A stretch of DNA of 64,000 nucleotides from Tubulanus polymorphus (GCF_964204645.1 NC_134036.1:1-64000), one strand, 5' to 3'. Numbered from the stretch's first letter, positions 31,290-46,620 are shown. A program made the numbers and translations. Notes: generated from the sequence alone by a model not told the origin.

Positions 31290-31660
31290 GTCCGGCCGGA
31301 GCCACTTGTCAATTCGACTCGGTGACTGGCAGCGGGTCCGTTCCCCAGCCACTTGTTAATTCGGCTCGGTGGCCGGCCAGCAGGTCCGTTCCCCAGCCAC
31401 TTGTTAATTCGGCTCGGTGACCGGCCAGCAGGTCCGTTCCCCAGCCACTTGTTAATTCTGCTCGGTGACCGGCCAGCAGGTCCGTTCCTCAGCCACTTGT
31501 CAATTCGGCTCGATGACCGGCCAGCAGGTCCGGTCCTCAGCCACTTGTCAATTCGGCTCGATGACCGGCCAGTAGTTCGGCTGAAAGTCCAGTCCACGCA
31601 CCTCACTCGCTTCACCGCTCGTGGGTTCGAGTCCCGAACTGCATTACATTTTTTTTGAAT
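31290..31660 (+). repeat. 42-bp tandem repeat (about 6 copies) ending in a Pol III B-box and T-run; possible mobile-element relic
   Basis: Unit CCAGCCACTTGTTAATTCGGCTCGGTGACCGGCCAGCAGGTCCGTTCC-like, followed by GGTTCGAGTCC and a T8 run. Confidence 0.75.
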
Positions 31661-32246
31661 AAACTGTTTCATCTAATAAAATTGATTGAGGTGAATAAAT
31701 CTCCGTCTGAACGTACTGCGCGCTGTCATACATTTAGATGTAATTATTGATTTTCTCTGTTTAAGAAGAAAGACAAAAACTGAGTCCTGTTTCATAGAAT
31801 GGATTCATTCTGACAACAAAAAGCACTTTAAAACAGTCAGATCAGCGATCAATAAAAACTTCTTTAATTCAAACAATTACAGCAGGTTTGGTTCAGGTAA
31901 CTATAGATACACGTACCGGGCGACCTGTGGCACGCGAGGGTCATTAAGTAGTGGCGGCCCTGGTACGCGAGTATAGATCAGCTCGGACTGCGGATTGTTG
32001 GTAATTTCGACAAACATGTTTATAATGTTCGTGTTACTCACAAGAGGCACATTTGCGCCGACTATACCGGTACCTCTCACTAACTACATATGAGGAGACA
32101 CAAACCATGTCCATTAGGTCGTAAAATACTCCAGCATCACCAGCAGTACCACCAGACTTACCAGACCCGATCGCAAAGTGTGGTGGTTACTGTAAAAATC
32201 ATCAACATCACTGAATTATATCATATAAACATCGTGTATTCCATGA

Positions 32247-32536
<290 letters not shown>

Positions 32537-33607
32537 GAGTATTCAGGATGCATCGCCAGGACAACACTGTAAAACCGCCATCAATATTCAACGGCCCAAA
32601 AACACCCGGCAGCAGAGTGTCATCATCTTTATCTTTTCTGGGAAATCATGGCTTCTTATCCGTTAACTTTACCAGCAGGTACTGACAGGAAGTGCACCAT
32701 TGTACCGGATGTGACATTGTACATCACCTAGGTTTCAAACGATCAAACTGTCGCTATTGTTGTACGTGGGAAAAACAACTTCCGAATTTCTGAATTCATC
32801 ATCAGTTTCTTTCGTCTACAGTTCTACATTCGGTTCCACAGCTGATTCCACAGCTGATTCCACAACTGATTCCTCAGCTAGTTCCACGGCTAGCCCGTCG
32901 TAAGTCATAAGTCATAAGTCAGAGACTTTGTAGTCACTGGCGCGTCGACGTATTTTGGGCATTAAATCGGTTTTATGGAAATTTGTAGAGAACGGTTTTG
33001 TATTTGATTTGTAACGGTCTCGGGGACTGATGAGGATGATCCGGTGTATAGTGTTACCACGATCTTCATTCATTCATCTATGTTCACTGATATAACTGAG
33101 TATTTCTGTTAGAATCTCGCTCCAGTGAACAAGTGGTTTAAGTGCTGTTTCTACAACTCGCATTCATTTTCTCGAGTGACAACTCTGTTCAAGGTTATGA
33201 AAATCTGTTGTTTTTTTATGCTTCACACTCGAAATTCGAACACTAAGCAATTCTTACTGGAATTTCACACTTCAGACACCCGCCCTCTCCGCCCTTTCCG
33301 CCCTCACCCCTCTCCGCCCCTCCCCGACTCCGCGGTAAGAAATATGAGTGAATCTGTATTAAAAGCGTGTGTTCAGGAATGATAACTATGTCTTCTAATG
33401 AGTCTTTAACATTTCACGCATTTATTGCCAGAAGCTGCAAAATCGATCTTTCACAATTATAGAAAATTCTTTGTTTAAAATGATATGAAGCTTCAAGCGA
33501 TGTAAATTATTACAGGACATTTATTTAGTAATTCGTTGAATTCAATATAAAAGTTAGAATAGAAATAGTTTATCGTTTATCGTTGGAATCGTTGTAGTTT
33601 TAGCTGC

Positions 33608-33642
<35 letters not shown>

Positions 33643-35200
33643 AAGTGAAGGATGCAATAAGCAAAGGTAAAGCTGGAGGCGAACCCTTTACGAGAGACGT
33701 TATCAAAAGCGTTGAAGAGTCATTGACGATTGTATTAGCAAACGATATATCTGAGACTATTGAGATATCGAGAAGACAGGTCCGAGAGCTATCTCACAAC
33801 TAGTGATTAGTACCTTATTTCACGACAGTTGAAAGGTGAACGATGTCAATAATAGGTGGTTCGTGCTCGACCAGCAACAGCGGTGACACCTGGCGCAGCA
33901 TTCCGAATTCAATGTCATTATTCATATCTTCCTCACGAGATTCTGAAGCCTATTTCCCAAGTTATTGGAAGACGATTCACTGACGAAATAAATCAATTCA
34001 AATCCTTCGTTCAGAATTAATGAAAAACTGCGTCCGCAGACGAGCGACATTCCAGCATCATCAACCGTCCTCCCCATCCTCCGCAGCATCATCAACCTCT
34101 CTCCATCCTCCTCATTTATTCATATCCACTTCTGGACATGAATTTTTAAAATGCATCCTCATCGGGGACCAGCTCAAGAGAGTCCATCAGGGACCAGTTC
34201 AAGAGAGTTTTACATGTGTATCGTAAATTGCTGCCCGCAGCAAAAGGCAGATAAAGTTTATAAATGTGGCGCAGTATCGATCCGAACGATTTAATTAGCC
34301 AGCTCCACCCTCCTGGGAGGTCGCCTCCGACCGTATGTACAATCTGCCGCGAGTGTCTTCATTACCGCAACACCATCATCCATTAATAACCGGAAGTTCA
34401 AGGTCATTATACGGATAGTTAACGACCGATTTGAAGCTGTCAGAGAGAGTGGGAGATTCATCTTCAGTCGCCGGATTAAATAAGATTCAATTTCTATGAA
34501 TAATCTCTCACACGGGGTAGGGGGGGGATTGTCGGGTCTGGTATAGGCACGAGGCTATAAAACTGCTGGATATATTTATTCTATTAGCTGATACGAATGA
34601 TATAAACATTCACTGAACTCTCTCCCCAACTACTAGACCTACTTCTATATACATACAGTATCTGCAACTAGATTTCTAATAACACGATCGAATTTTCGAT
34701 ACGCTCCGACTAAGATTGTGTCAGTACTTAATTATCTAGTTATTGATTCAAACTGCGGCAATCGAGTATAGTCGTGTGTTTATGCGTTAATAGCCGCACT
34801 ACTGCTGCTTGTGTGTGTATCATTGCGCGCCGGTAATTAGTCATTGATCGTTTGGTGTTTACCGGTCGATGACCTTCACCTTTATCGTAGAAAAGCGGAT
34901 TAGTATGTTTTACGTTCGGTGTATGAGAAACAGTGTGACGTCATCAGCTGTATAGTAATTTGCAACTCCCCGCTAATGGTAATGAACATGTCATCTATTA
35001 GCTTACACTGCTGTATGTGAGGGATGTATGACCTCATTGCTATCAACCAAAGGCTCCCTTCTTCGTGGACATGCCGCTTCACATCCAGATCCCTTGGTGA
35101 ACTTGGTAAAATAGATGGTGCTGTCCTCCTTGTAATTTGTACTGAAAGCTCTCCCAAAGGATGAATGCCAGGAAGAATGCCAGGGCACAGTCCCCCTGCA

Positions 35201-35708
35201 CTTGATGAAGTTTAAAGATGCTGTCCTACTTGTACTTTGTGAAGAACATATCGCTCTCTCGAGGAATGGCAGGATACTACGGCCTTTCTGCTCTTGATTA
35301 AGTTTAAAGATGCTGTCCTACTTGTACTTTGTGAAGAACATATCGCTCTCTCGAGGAATGGCAGGATACTACGGCCTTTCTGCTCTTGATGAAGTTTAAA
35401 GATGCTGTCCTACTTGTACTTTGTGAAGAACATATCGCTCTCTCGAGGAATGGCAGGATACTACGGCCTTTCTGCTCTTGATTAAGTTTAAAGATGCTGT
35501 CCTACTTGTACTTTGTGAAGAACATATTGCTCTCTCGAGGAATGGCAGGATACTACGGCCTTTCTGCTCTTGATGAAGTTTAAAGATGCTGTCCTACTTG
35601 TACTTTGTGAAGAACATATTGCTCTCTCGAGGAATGGCAGGATACTACGGCCTTTCTGCTCTTGATTAAGTTTAAAGATGCTGTCCTACTTGTACTTTGT
35701 GAAGAACA
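35201..35708. repeat. 92-bp tandem repeat, about 5.5 copies
   Basis: Unit CTTGAT(G/T)AAGTTTAAAGATGCTGTCC...GGCCTTTCTGCT; the G/T variant alternates between copies. Confidence 0.95.
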
Positions 35709-36456
35709 AAGCTCTCTCCACGAATGTCAGAACACTGGCCGCCGCTATTCTCCTTTACTTGTTTGCCCTCGCGCGCGCACTTGATGATAATTTTGTATGT
35801 CTTCGGTCAAGTATTCTAGTTGTGTAAACATTGCCTGAAGGCTACATTTATTGGATGGTTATTCGCATGTCGTTAATCAGTCTGGTGACTATTGAGGAAT
35901 TAATACCCGACCTCCGGCTATATCCACGATAGCCAACAGACGAAACCAGCAGTTCAAGTGCCTTCCTGTTACTGGTCACTTGGAATTCTTACATAAGTAT
36001 GTTGACTCCGACTATCGATAGAATATGTTAATAGATTCGGTAACAGGCAATCAGGGTATTTAATATTGACGCGTTGATTCGGTTAACTCGACCTAAACGG
36101 TCACGGTTTAAATTATTAAAGATGTTTCGAGCATCTCTTCTGTAAAGCTATACACGACACGAGGCTTTATTAGCGACATTTTGCTGTAGTCTACGTTGCG
36201 TGTAGTTGAGTACTATTCAGTCCACTCTAACTTATTACAGTCAGGGTTTGATAAGGTGAACGATGCTTCTGATATTAGTCTGGACAACATCAAGTCGGTA
36301 CGAACAGTCATTGGTAATGTTACTGACGATGAAGAATTGAGGTTAAGGGGGTGACTTAATGTAATCTTGTATTCTGGGACGACTGTTCACGTCTCGGACA
36401 AGTGCACCGTACAGTTCGGTCAGTCATTTCATGAACCTTTCTCTCTTTATCTGCCA

Positions 36457-36585
36457 CTGCTGCTGCTGCTGCTGCTGGCGATGGTGCTGGTGCTAGTGCT
36501 GGTGCTGGTGGTGCTGCTGCTGGTGCTGCTGCTGGTGCTGCTGCTAGTGCTGCTGCTAGTGCTGATGCTGGTGCTGCTGCTGCTT
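36457..36585. repeat. Imperfect CTG/GTG trinucleotide repeat
   Basis: Direct reading. Confidence 0.9.
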
Positions 36586-38184
36586 CCTCCTGTTGCGTGC
36601 GTATAATTGATGTAATCTATTTGTGAATATTGCGGAGATGAATCTAATTATAAAAGGTGTGAGATGACAATGATGAGAGAGCAGCTGATAACACACTTCA
36701 CAGCTACAACTCAGGCGCCTGAAGGCATCGGACAAACATCGGTTCAACACTTTGTTCAACATATCCACATCAAACATTGACCACCAGATACAATAATACA
36801 CTACACTTGTGTTCACTGATCTTTCACCCGTAAAACTGCATCAACACGACCGACTGCTACGTCATTTATAGAGCTGTCAGTGATCGTGAAGAATGAGGCA
36901 AACACCACCGAAAATAATACTCAAACTGAAAGAGGTGCCATCTCCGAATATCAGGAGTGCCACCATCTTAGCAGCAAATCATACGAAAACAGATGAAGAG
37001 AAATTTACTTGTTATAGAGTATGACACCAATGAGGCTGAAGTTGCTAACAATGTTTAGAGTTAACCATTGGATAGTTGACATAGTCAAAACTAAAAGTTC
37101 ATTGTTACTATGGTATCTAACCGCCGGTTATCTTTAATCAACTATTGACCAACTGGTCCCAGAACCTCTGAATGTATAGTGGTCTTTACTTCAGAGAAAG
37201 AATATCTTCATTACTTAGAATAGCGCAAGTTGAAGATGTAAATTTGAATAAATTAGTTCCGCCATTAAACCAGTGGTTGGAGCACGGTACGGACCGCGGT
37301 ACGGACCACGGTGTTGTTATATTACCTTTCTTCAATTATTGTTTAAGTCGGCGTAAAATCTCGGTGGTTGTCTGAATTTCATCAGGGGACCGTTACCGTG
37401 GTTACGCCTATTAAATGAATGATTTTGCGGACCAGCAGACGTTATACTCGTGTCGCCGTCGGGTGAAATTTTTAACTGGCGTCGATTTCCGAGAGATATT
37501 TACTTAAAACCTTCGCCTCAAGTCACTTGTTAAATAGCGGAAAAACTCTGTTAATGTAAATTGAAGGTAGTAATGAGAGACTACAGATTGATAATGCGGG
37601 AGGTGGACCTAGAGGTGCGAGTGGGTGATAGGAATCGAGTTAGTACTAAAGTTGTCTAGATCGACCTTCATTTGGAAAATGTGCAAGAGCTCAAATGACT
37701 CAGATCGATGACTTAGGAGACCATGATACAGGATGGACCTGGAGGTGTTATAGTGGCGCACGGGAGAAGCGTTAGTTTTAAAGTTGTCTAGATCGACCTT
37801 CATTTGGAAAATGTGAAAGAGCTCAGAAATTGTTGCTACTGTGAGAGCCACAACTGGGCTACAGCATGGGAGACCAATAAACAGAATGGACCCGGCAGTG
37901 GGGCTTAGGAGAAGAGCTTGATGATTATTTTATAAGATCTAGAGTGAAAGAGCTTAGAAATTGTCCCTAATGTGATGAAAACACTAATGATATATAACAG
38001 CAATATATTGGGTTATGATAAATGGACGCAATCGGGCGGAAGACGCTGAAATTTAAAGCTAACAACATCTATATATAAATCTCATTATCCCCCTACCCGC
38101 GTGCTCACATATACTTCAACCAGTTCAACGTTACCACCAAAGTGTCGTTGTCGTCCTTTTTACCGGATGGATCACTCGGCAGCC

Positions 38185-38234
<50 letters not shown>

Positions 38235-39379
38235 TACATCAACCAGATCATGGTGATTTCTAAACGCTGTATGAATAAATGTAAAAAGCTCGACAGAACC
38301 GTCTAATTAAAACAACACCTGTTATATGTAAAATATTGATAAAAAAGATAAAAGCAGCTTTGATCCTGATTAAACTGAAACAGTTCCCCCGGGAGACGCA
38401 TTAAGTATTCCCCCTGATTAAGAGGATGAAAATATTTGATCAATTCAATCCCTGAGTTCAAACGGTCACAGATATTATTCACAGGATTGGATTTTGGTGG
38501 CGTGCATCACCTCATCTCTAGTGGGCTGTCAATTTATGATCAACAGACCGACAAGAGGTCATATATCGCAATTCACTGTTTATGACCAGTTCTGTGACGA
38601 GCAGTTGTCAATTTCTCATCGACGACCCGTCGTTTCGTTGCTGAGTTGTCAATTTATGATCGACAACGATAAACAGTCTATACGTCGTTTCTGCGCCCCG
38701 AGTTGTCATTTTATGATTAACTGATATCAGCAGTAAATTTGTAATGAAACCAAGTGTAATCATTACATTACATCGATCCCCCCCACTCCCCCACTCTCCC
38801 TTCACCGTTATCACAACCCCTTACTGTTACTCCCCCTTACCCTCTCCCAATTACTCCAACCCTACTATTAACATCAATTGTTAACAATCAGACACATCTG
38901 GAGATCCCGGATGAGATGCTGCAAGATGAAGATGTCCGAGCCATAAATTATAGGAAGAGCATCAACAACTGCTTGCTCGTCATTGTTTCAAGTGATTAGA
39001 CACGGACATGTAGAACTGATACCGTCATACAATCTGAGGTGGGCGAAATGTAACATGATAATTGTCCAGGGATGTCGTGTACCTGCAGTTACCATTCCTC
39101 TGCCGATACAACACCCACAACCATCCCCTCTCTATCAGTGGATGATGAACCAGATCACAAGGGCACTGGCTGCTGCTATCAATAATTCATATATGTTAGA
39201 ATACAGTAGTGTGTAAAATGTACAATAGGTTTCTATCGGTAAATTTCGAGTGACAAGAAACCATTATTTAACAGTGTTAGCGATACATCAATTATTCACA
39301 ACATTTTTCCCTTCTTTGTCTCTCTTTACAGCGAGTATCGTGTTACTGGTGTCTGAAGCCGCTTCTAGTTCTCTCAGAC

Positions 39380-39850
39380 ACTAGCAGCACCAGCCCTTCT
39401 TACTCACTCCAGACCAGCAGCACCTGCCCTTCTCACTCCAGACCAGCAGCACCTGCCCTTCTTACTCACTCCAGACCAGCAGCACCAGCCCTTCTTACTC
39501 ACTCCAGACCAGCAGCACCTGCCCTTCTTACTCACTCCAGACCAGCAGCACCAGCCCTTCTTACTCACTCCAGACCAGCAACACCTGCCCTTCTTACTCA
39601 CTCCAGACCAGCAGCACCAGCCCTTCTTACTCACTCCAGACCAGCAGCATTCTTCCGAGCTCAATTCAGACCAGCAGCACCAGCCCTTCTTACTCACTCC
39701 AGACCAGCAACACCTGCCCTTCTCACTCACTCCAGACCAGCAGCACCTGCCCTTCTTACTCATTCAGACCAGCAGCATTCCTCCGAGCTCAATTCAGACC
39801 AGCGCCTGCCCTTCAAGGTTTACTCAGACCAGCAGCAGCGCCTGCCCTTC
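39380..39850. repeat. 33-bp minisatellite, about 13 copies
   Basis: Unit CCAGACCAGCAGCACC(T/A)GCCCTTCTTACTCACT. Confidence 0.95.
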
Positions 39851-40439
39851 TAGCACCATTCTAGCTTCTACTGGCCTCAAGTGGTTCCACTTGGATCCAC
39901 GCAATTCACGGTAAAGAACTTTAAGAATGTTCCCCGGGATTATTTCATGTTTCCACATTTTATGAAACTGAACCCAATATATCATTATATATATATTCAC
40001 CATTAAATGGTAAAAGAACGTCGTAGAATGCAATCGGTAGAATTCGATGGAACCTGAGCGTGGTTTTTTTTTTGGAGGAAACTTTTTGCACAAACTTCAA
40101 AGCTTTCGTGTATGTGATAAAACTAACCTCCTCAGGCATTACTTGTATCAAACAGATCTAATGACTGTTTTTATGTAATCCTATTTGAAGTTCTCCGCTG
40201 CTTTTTGACGCTATATTATTAACACAAAATGACTACGCATTAATAGTAATAATAAGAATAACGAAGTAACAGGTAATTTCAGGTGTAACGCCTATTGCCC
40301 CCTATGGCTAGGGTGCGCCTACAATTATATACAATCTAACGCCTTCTAATGATGAAACACAATTTCTGGACGAGACCTAGATTGAGATGAGATATTTTTG
40401 CGCACTTTCTGATGAGTTTTTGTCGGTATGCTGTCAATC

Positions 40440-40690
40440 TGTGTGTCTGTGAGTCTGTCTATCTGCCTGCCTACTTGCCTTCCTACCTGTCTGTCTGTCT
40501 ATCTGCCTGCCTACTTGCCTTCCTACCTGTCTGTCTATCTGTCTATCTGCCCGCCTGTCTGGTTGTCTGTCTATCTGCCTGCCTACTTGCCTTCCTACCT
40601 GTCTGTCTATCTGCCTGCCTACTTGCCTTCCTACCTGTCTGTCTGTCTATCTGTCTATCTATCTGCCCGCCTGTCTGGTTGTCTGTCTAT
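40440..40690. repeat. Compound TCTG/TCTA/CCTG tetranucleotide repeat
   Basis: Direct reading. Confidence 0.85.
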
Positions 40691-41595
40691 ATTATGTCGA
40701 CATGCTGTCTGTCCTCAGTGTCTGTTCCATTAATGCTCACAGATCTAGTAGTTCTATAAGATTGATTAATGAATATGTTCGTGTGAACGCGATAAGAGGA
40801 ACGTGCTTCTCTCCTTTCAACTTATTCCCAGCGAAACGGTATTTGTGTGCATCACTAAATGTAATTAGCTCAGCTATTTTCTTTATCCTTCCAATCACAG
40901 CAACAGTCCTCGCTTTTTCCATTTCAGCAGCAGTCCTCGCTTTTTCCAATCACAGCAACAGTCAGTTCATTTCCTCAGATTTTCACAAATCGCTTTTGAT
41001 TTCTATAGGCATTTTTATGGCCGAAAGTTTTGTTGAGTTTGTATTGTGAGAGTCTTGGAGAAATTGTTGTGAATAAAGTTGTTGAGGATCAAGAAGTTCG
41101 TCCAACCCTCATTCATATCCATCATTCTCTCATTTCTTCATCTCTCATTGTAACAAACAAATTGAGTAGATCTAAAACACCACAAGAATCTACCATAGAA
41201 CAATTACTAATACTGGATACAGTTTCTTAGAAAGATTCTTGAAGGGAATCCGGTCATAGGTGATTATTAAAAAGCACTTGGCTTATACGTGTTACATTGT
41301 AGACCCGCGTAGTTCCACTGGGTTAAATTTGACTCAAAGTTTAAAAATGTTCTCATCATATCACGAAACAACCGTGGAACTGGATCATGACGTTTATTTC
41401 ATCCAGTCCTGGACGTGGTCGATACGGTCTTTAGCACTGATCTCCATCGCTCTACGGCCCTAGTGTAACCAACTGTGATACATCAGACACTAAGTTTCTC
41501 GGTGGGATTCTGCATGTCTGGTGGAACTTTAAAAAAAAACTCATTTTCCTCGACAAAGTTCCGCAAGTTATTTAATCCAACGTTAACGCTGCACG

Positions 41596-41632
<37 letters not shown>

Positions 41633-41839
41633 CGTCATTTTAACGTTATAAATAAACGTCTCTAACGTCGATTAGATGAAGCTATTTTCTACATGGATAA
41701 GCGCAATGGATAAGCAAAGATAATCGGATAAACCGTCAGCCGCCAGTAACGAGCTAGAGAATGTTATATGTATATTCCTATTTACTAGAAATGAGCTTGT
41801 GACGCAGAGACCGGGCGCAAACTCCTCGGGGGCCACATT

Positions 41840-41841
<2 letters not shown>

Positions 41842-41921
<80 letters not shown>
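41842..41921. repeat. (TA)~40 microsatellite; a second (TA)~16 lies at about 41598-41630
   Basis: Direct reading. Confidence 0.95.
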
Positions 41922-41925
<4 letters not shown>

Positions 41926-41989
41926 GTCTGTGTAATTGGAAAATATACCCATCATATATTCTATACATAATGATGATAAGATACTGGTA

Positions 41990-42350
41990 GTTCCCGGTGT
42001 CTAAGGTTACTGGGTCCCCAGTGTCCCAGGTATCCGGTATCCAAGGTTCCCGATGTCCCATGTTACCGGTGTCCAAGATAACTGGGTCTCCAGTGTCCCA
42101 GGTATCCGGCGTCCCATGTTACCGGTGTCCAAGATAACTGGGTCTTCAGTGTCCCAGGTATCCGGCGTCCCATGTTACCGGTGTCCAAGATAACTGGGTC
42201 TCCAGTGTCCCAGGTATCCGGCGTCCCATGTTACCGGTGTCCAAGATAACTGGGTCTTCAGTGTCCCAGGTATCCGGCGTCCCATGTTACCGGTGTCCAA
42301 GATAACTGGGTCTTCAGTGTCCCAGGTATCCGGCGTCCCATGTTACTGGT
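41990..42350. repeat. 56-bp minisatellite, about 6 copies
   Basis: Unit GTCCCATGTTACCGGTGTCCAAGATAACTGGGTCT(C/T)CAGTGTCCCAGGTATCCGGC. Confidence 0.95.
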
Positions 42351-43894
42351 TTCCCCGGTCCGAGATCCCAGACTGATGTTTTAGGTCCTGACGTTAGGAT
42401 TATTAATTGCTGTGATATTAATAACTCATCTAGGATGAATTATGATATTGTGCTGCTGCTGCTGCTGCTGCTGCGATCTGGTGTAGACTCTACTCTCTCT
42501 CTCTCTCTCTAAGACAATGATAAAATGATTAACTGATTTCACATTTAACGCTTGATTGATCGTTTAATAATGAGCTCCGTTGATTCGACGTAATTTCTAT
42601 TTATCAGCGTTCGCGATTAACGTTTACGTTTAAACGCTATACTTTTAACGTCGTTACGTAACATGACGTAATTAGATCTAATCTTATCGGCTGTTTTTAT
42701 TTCCTGATTTACACCGGTTTTATCATTAACTTAACCAGCAAATATATCATCGATAGCAACGTCATTTGCGGTTGCTAGGATTTCTGGTCTGTTAAACTGT
42801 GGATACGCGGTGGCGGTGTCGTGTGGAACCTGCTCAGTCCCCGAGAACAGAAATCTAGCAGAAGATAAAGAAAAAACAACCCGGTTTTTCTAAGAAGATT
42901 AGAGGAGATTGCGCTGCCTGTAATTGATAATAGCTCGTATTATGTTATCCGAGCTTCTTGCGATTGATGAGTCAATCTAAAAAAACACCGGTTCGGATCT
43001 AGTGACGTGGACGCCGTTATTATACGCGGTGTTATTGGCAGTATTGAAGAGTTGGTTAATACAGTGACGTCAGAGCCGTCATCTTTGCGTTTGTTTTTAA
43101 GTTAATTACATCCCGAATCAGGTTTCCGCATTCCTTTCATCGACGCCACGTATCTCGATTATCATCTATCCGATTAATCTGCGACCTTTTTCTAAAATTA
43201 GCTTCAATGACATTTTCTCCTCGCTACAACGGCAGAGACAAAACTTCTATCGTCCAACGCAAAACAATAAACACCGCAAACCTGCAGAAAACGGGGAAGA
43301 TATTTTTTTCACATCTCTAGTCAGAGAACTAACATCAGTAGTTTATACCAGTCGATTACCGTCGATAAATCGGCATCAGAGAAAGTCACATTTATTATCA
43401 TCAAATTCGCTAAAAGCATCGCCGGAAACAACCTGCTAAATGTCAGCAGCAGTTTGTGCCTGTAACCCTAACCTATACGTGTCATAATCACACCACGAGA
43501 ACAAACCGATAATGATTTTGTATATGAAATGTTCAATATATTGTCTCTTTGATGGTGAAAAGTGACTGGAGTTATATTTTTTACCATTCTCATCATTTTC
43601 CTGTTTGATGTTTCTATATCTGATCGTATCGTATCGTAGACAGTGATGCTCGTAGTCATTGATGCTCGTAGTCAGTGATGCTCGTAGTCAGTGATGCTCG
43701 TAGTCAGTGATGCTCGTTGTCTAAATTATCGATTACATGTGTATTAATGATTAGTGCGCGCTGTTTTTTTGTAGATTAGATGGGGGAGGTTTTTTGGGAT
43801 TCCTGTTGGTTTCTCTCTGCAACTGAAAAAAATACCCACCGATATCAACCGAGAGAGCCCTGCTTGCCAGGCACTGAAACAGTCTATCTGCAAA

Positions 43895-44062
43895 ATGACT
43901 CAAACCTCAGGTCAACTATAGTAGGACTCGAATCTCAGACCTCAATAACCCTAACCCTAGCAGGACTCGAACCTCAGACCTCCGTAACCCTAACCCTAGC
44001 AGGACTCGAACCTCAGACCTCCAGCGTGCCAGTCGAGCACCCTAGCCACTAGGCCACTGAGT
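43895..44062 (-). mobile_element. tRNA-derived SINE head or tRNA pseudogene, with tandemly duplicated T-arm segments joined by (TTAGGG)2
   Basis: Minus strand TCAGTGGCCTAGTGGCTAGGGTGCTCGACTGGCACGCTGGAGGTCTGAGGTTCGAGTCCTGC has an A-box (TGGCCTAGTGG) and B-box (GGTTCGAGTCC), but poor acceptor and anticodon stems. Confidence 0.6.
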
Positions 44063-44206
44063 TCTAGTGATTGAATGACATTGTAAGTTTTTCCGGTCAG
44101 TGTTGGTGCCTAATTATCTGTTGTGACCGGTCACCAGTCATTCGTGTTTCGGGTGTGACCAGTATCGCAACCAAGAGCACCAGCAACTGCACCACAGCAC
44201 CAGCTT

Positions 44207-44342
<136 letters not shown>

Positions 44343-46024
44343 TGGGCGAACAACCGATTGTTTAGAGACATACAAATCACCATCTATGATTATATTTGCG
44401 TGTGTGCGTGAATGTGCGTGAATGTGCGTTTGGTAAAATTGTCCAATCACTGTGTGTTTTTCTGCTCTGTTCTGAAGATGCTGATGCGACCGCTACCAAT
44501 CCTCCAATTATCCTTAATAGGAAAATAACCCCCTTATTACCGAGCTACAAGAATCATTTCAGGCCAATAGACGTTTAATACTTGTTTCTTCACGTGAAAC
44601 ATCATAACAGCGTTAGTGTTCGTGTAATACTGTTAAACAATGATTCATCTTCCCCGAGACTGTCTCTCGAAACGCGCCTGGATTATTTCGCTGATTGTTC
44701 GCGTGTCATGCTGTATTTATCTTTATATCAATATCTTTTATCTTTAAAGAAAAGTAGAAACATCGCCATCTCGTCGCACCTGCAATAGTCATCCGACACA
44801 TTCTAAACTTGTATGAACCAGTAATACATACGTGAATACACTCGACACACGCAGAAATAGATCTCATCTTCTTCTTTCAGTTAGCGAAAGATTTATTCCC
44901 ATTTGGGAATATTTTGGTCGTCGTCATTTTCCACTGAACTGTTTATTGTTTCTCCCAAGAGCGGTCAACTAGTCTGGAACTATTTTTATTTAGAGGAGGC
45001 AGCGCTCGAGGTGGTCGCGGCGAGGGACGTTATTTAGAAGGCGTCTGATTCTAATTTACTGGCTTTAAAACGACACAATACATCGTTATATCTCCGTGAA
45101 TAGGGTTCGTCGGACATTAGCTCGCATCCAGTCGATTACGTGTTAGGTTTCCTTGGGGACGAACTGAACAGACGTAAGGCAAATTATATTCGATCCTCGG
45201 TAAAACGTGACCTGTTTTACTGATGTGAGAGGAGGTTTCTATTCGGGAACTGAATCTGACCAGAAACCAGTCGATTATTCGCTGATACATACTAAACAAT
45301 ACTTTACAGTGTTAATACATACATGTACAACACTAGTGCATGTATCAAAGTATCAGGGTATCAGTATCAGGGTATCAGTGTCTGTATCAGTGTCTGTATC
45401 AGTATCTGTATCAGTATCAGTGTCTGTATCAGTATCTGTATCAGGGTATCAGTGTCTGTATCAGTATCAGTAACGTTTAAAAAGTTCTGTCAAGTTTTAC
45501 CTTCATGTTTAAACATTTGCTACTGAAATCACAGTCGACATTTTTCCCTGAAATCAATCACGAATCACAGATGTTAAAAACCTGTTTTAATTCAGTTTGT
45601 TTTTTACAGACAGCGACACGTGACACGTGACACGTGACACGTGTGTCTAATGTCATCAGTGATAATAGTACCTACTTCTATTGCGACGACTAAGAATCGC
45701 CTGACGACAGCAAACTCTCTCCTGAAGTTCTCAGAATCTTTCTCAGATTCTACTTGACAGTTTGATGATGATTGACAGTTTTGACGGTTGTAAATCGTGT
45801 CGTTTCAAACAGTAAATTATCATCTCTTAGATTCACGTGATCGAGTTCTTTCAAACACGTGTGCATTTTCTTAGCGATCAATGGAATTCCTGAAGGGACA
45901 TTACTTAACATTACCCTAACACCATGAACACCCCCGGCTGTTTTATGGTGACAGTATTTGTAACAGGTCCTTATATCATATATATATACGCCTAGCTGTT
46001 TAATGGGGATCCATTTGGATTTGC

Positions 46025-46340
<316 letters not shown>

Positions 46341-46620
46341 TGCTACGCGTGTCGATGCGATAAAATTCTTCCTGTAAATGATTAATTAGTTTCTCGCGTG
46401 ATTTTCTCTGAAATCTCGCGGTAAATGTCGAGAACTAGAAATTATTAGCGTCCGTTTCGTGGCAGATTTTCTTATCACGGAAAAACAACTTCAATATTTT
46501 CTGCTTTCGAAGAAAATGAATCTGAGAAATATTTTATTCCGTGCTAAAGAATACGCCAGTTACATTATTGAAATATCGTTCGATCAATTTTGTTAACTTT
46601 AGAAAACAGTTTTCGATATA

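Noticed and set aside
39404-39763. Cys/Trp-rich repetitive ORF resembling a metallothionein or structural protein (likewise 58262-58822, 31238-31672, 2239-2513)
   Set aside because: Stop-free by-products of minisatellites, with no flanking gene structure.
41499-41520. TCGGTGGGA resembling the miR-278 5' end (and TAATCTCAG near 27525 resembling miR-216)
   Set aside because: Only about 9-nt matches, with no mature-sequence continuation or hairpin.
43998-44062. Functional tRNA gene
   Set aside because: Acceptor and anticodon stems do not pair, so it is treated as a SINE or pseudogene.
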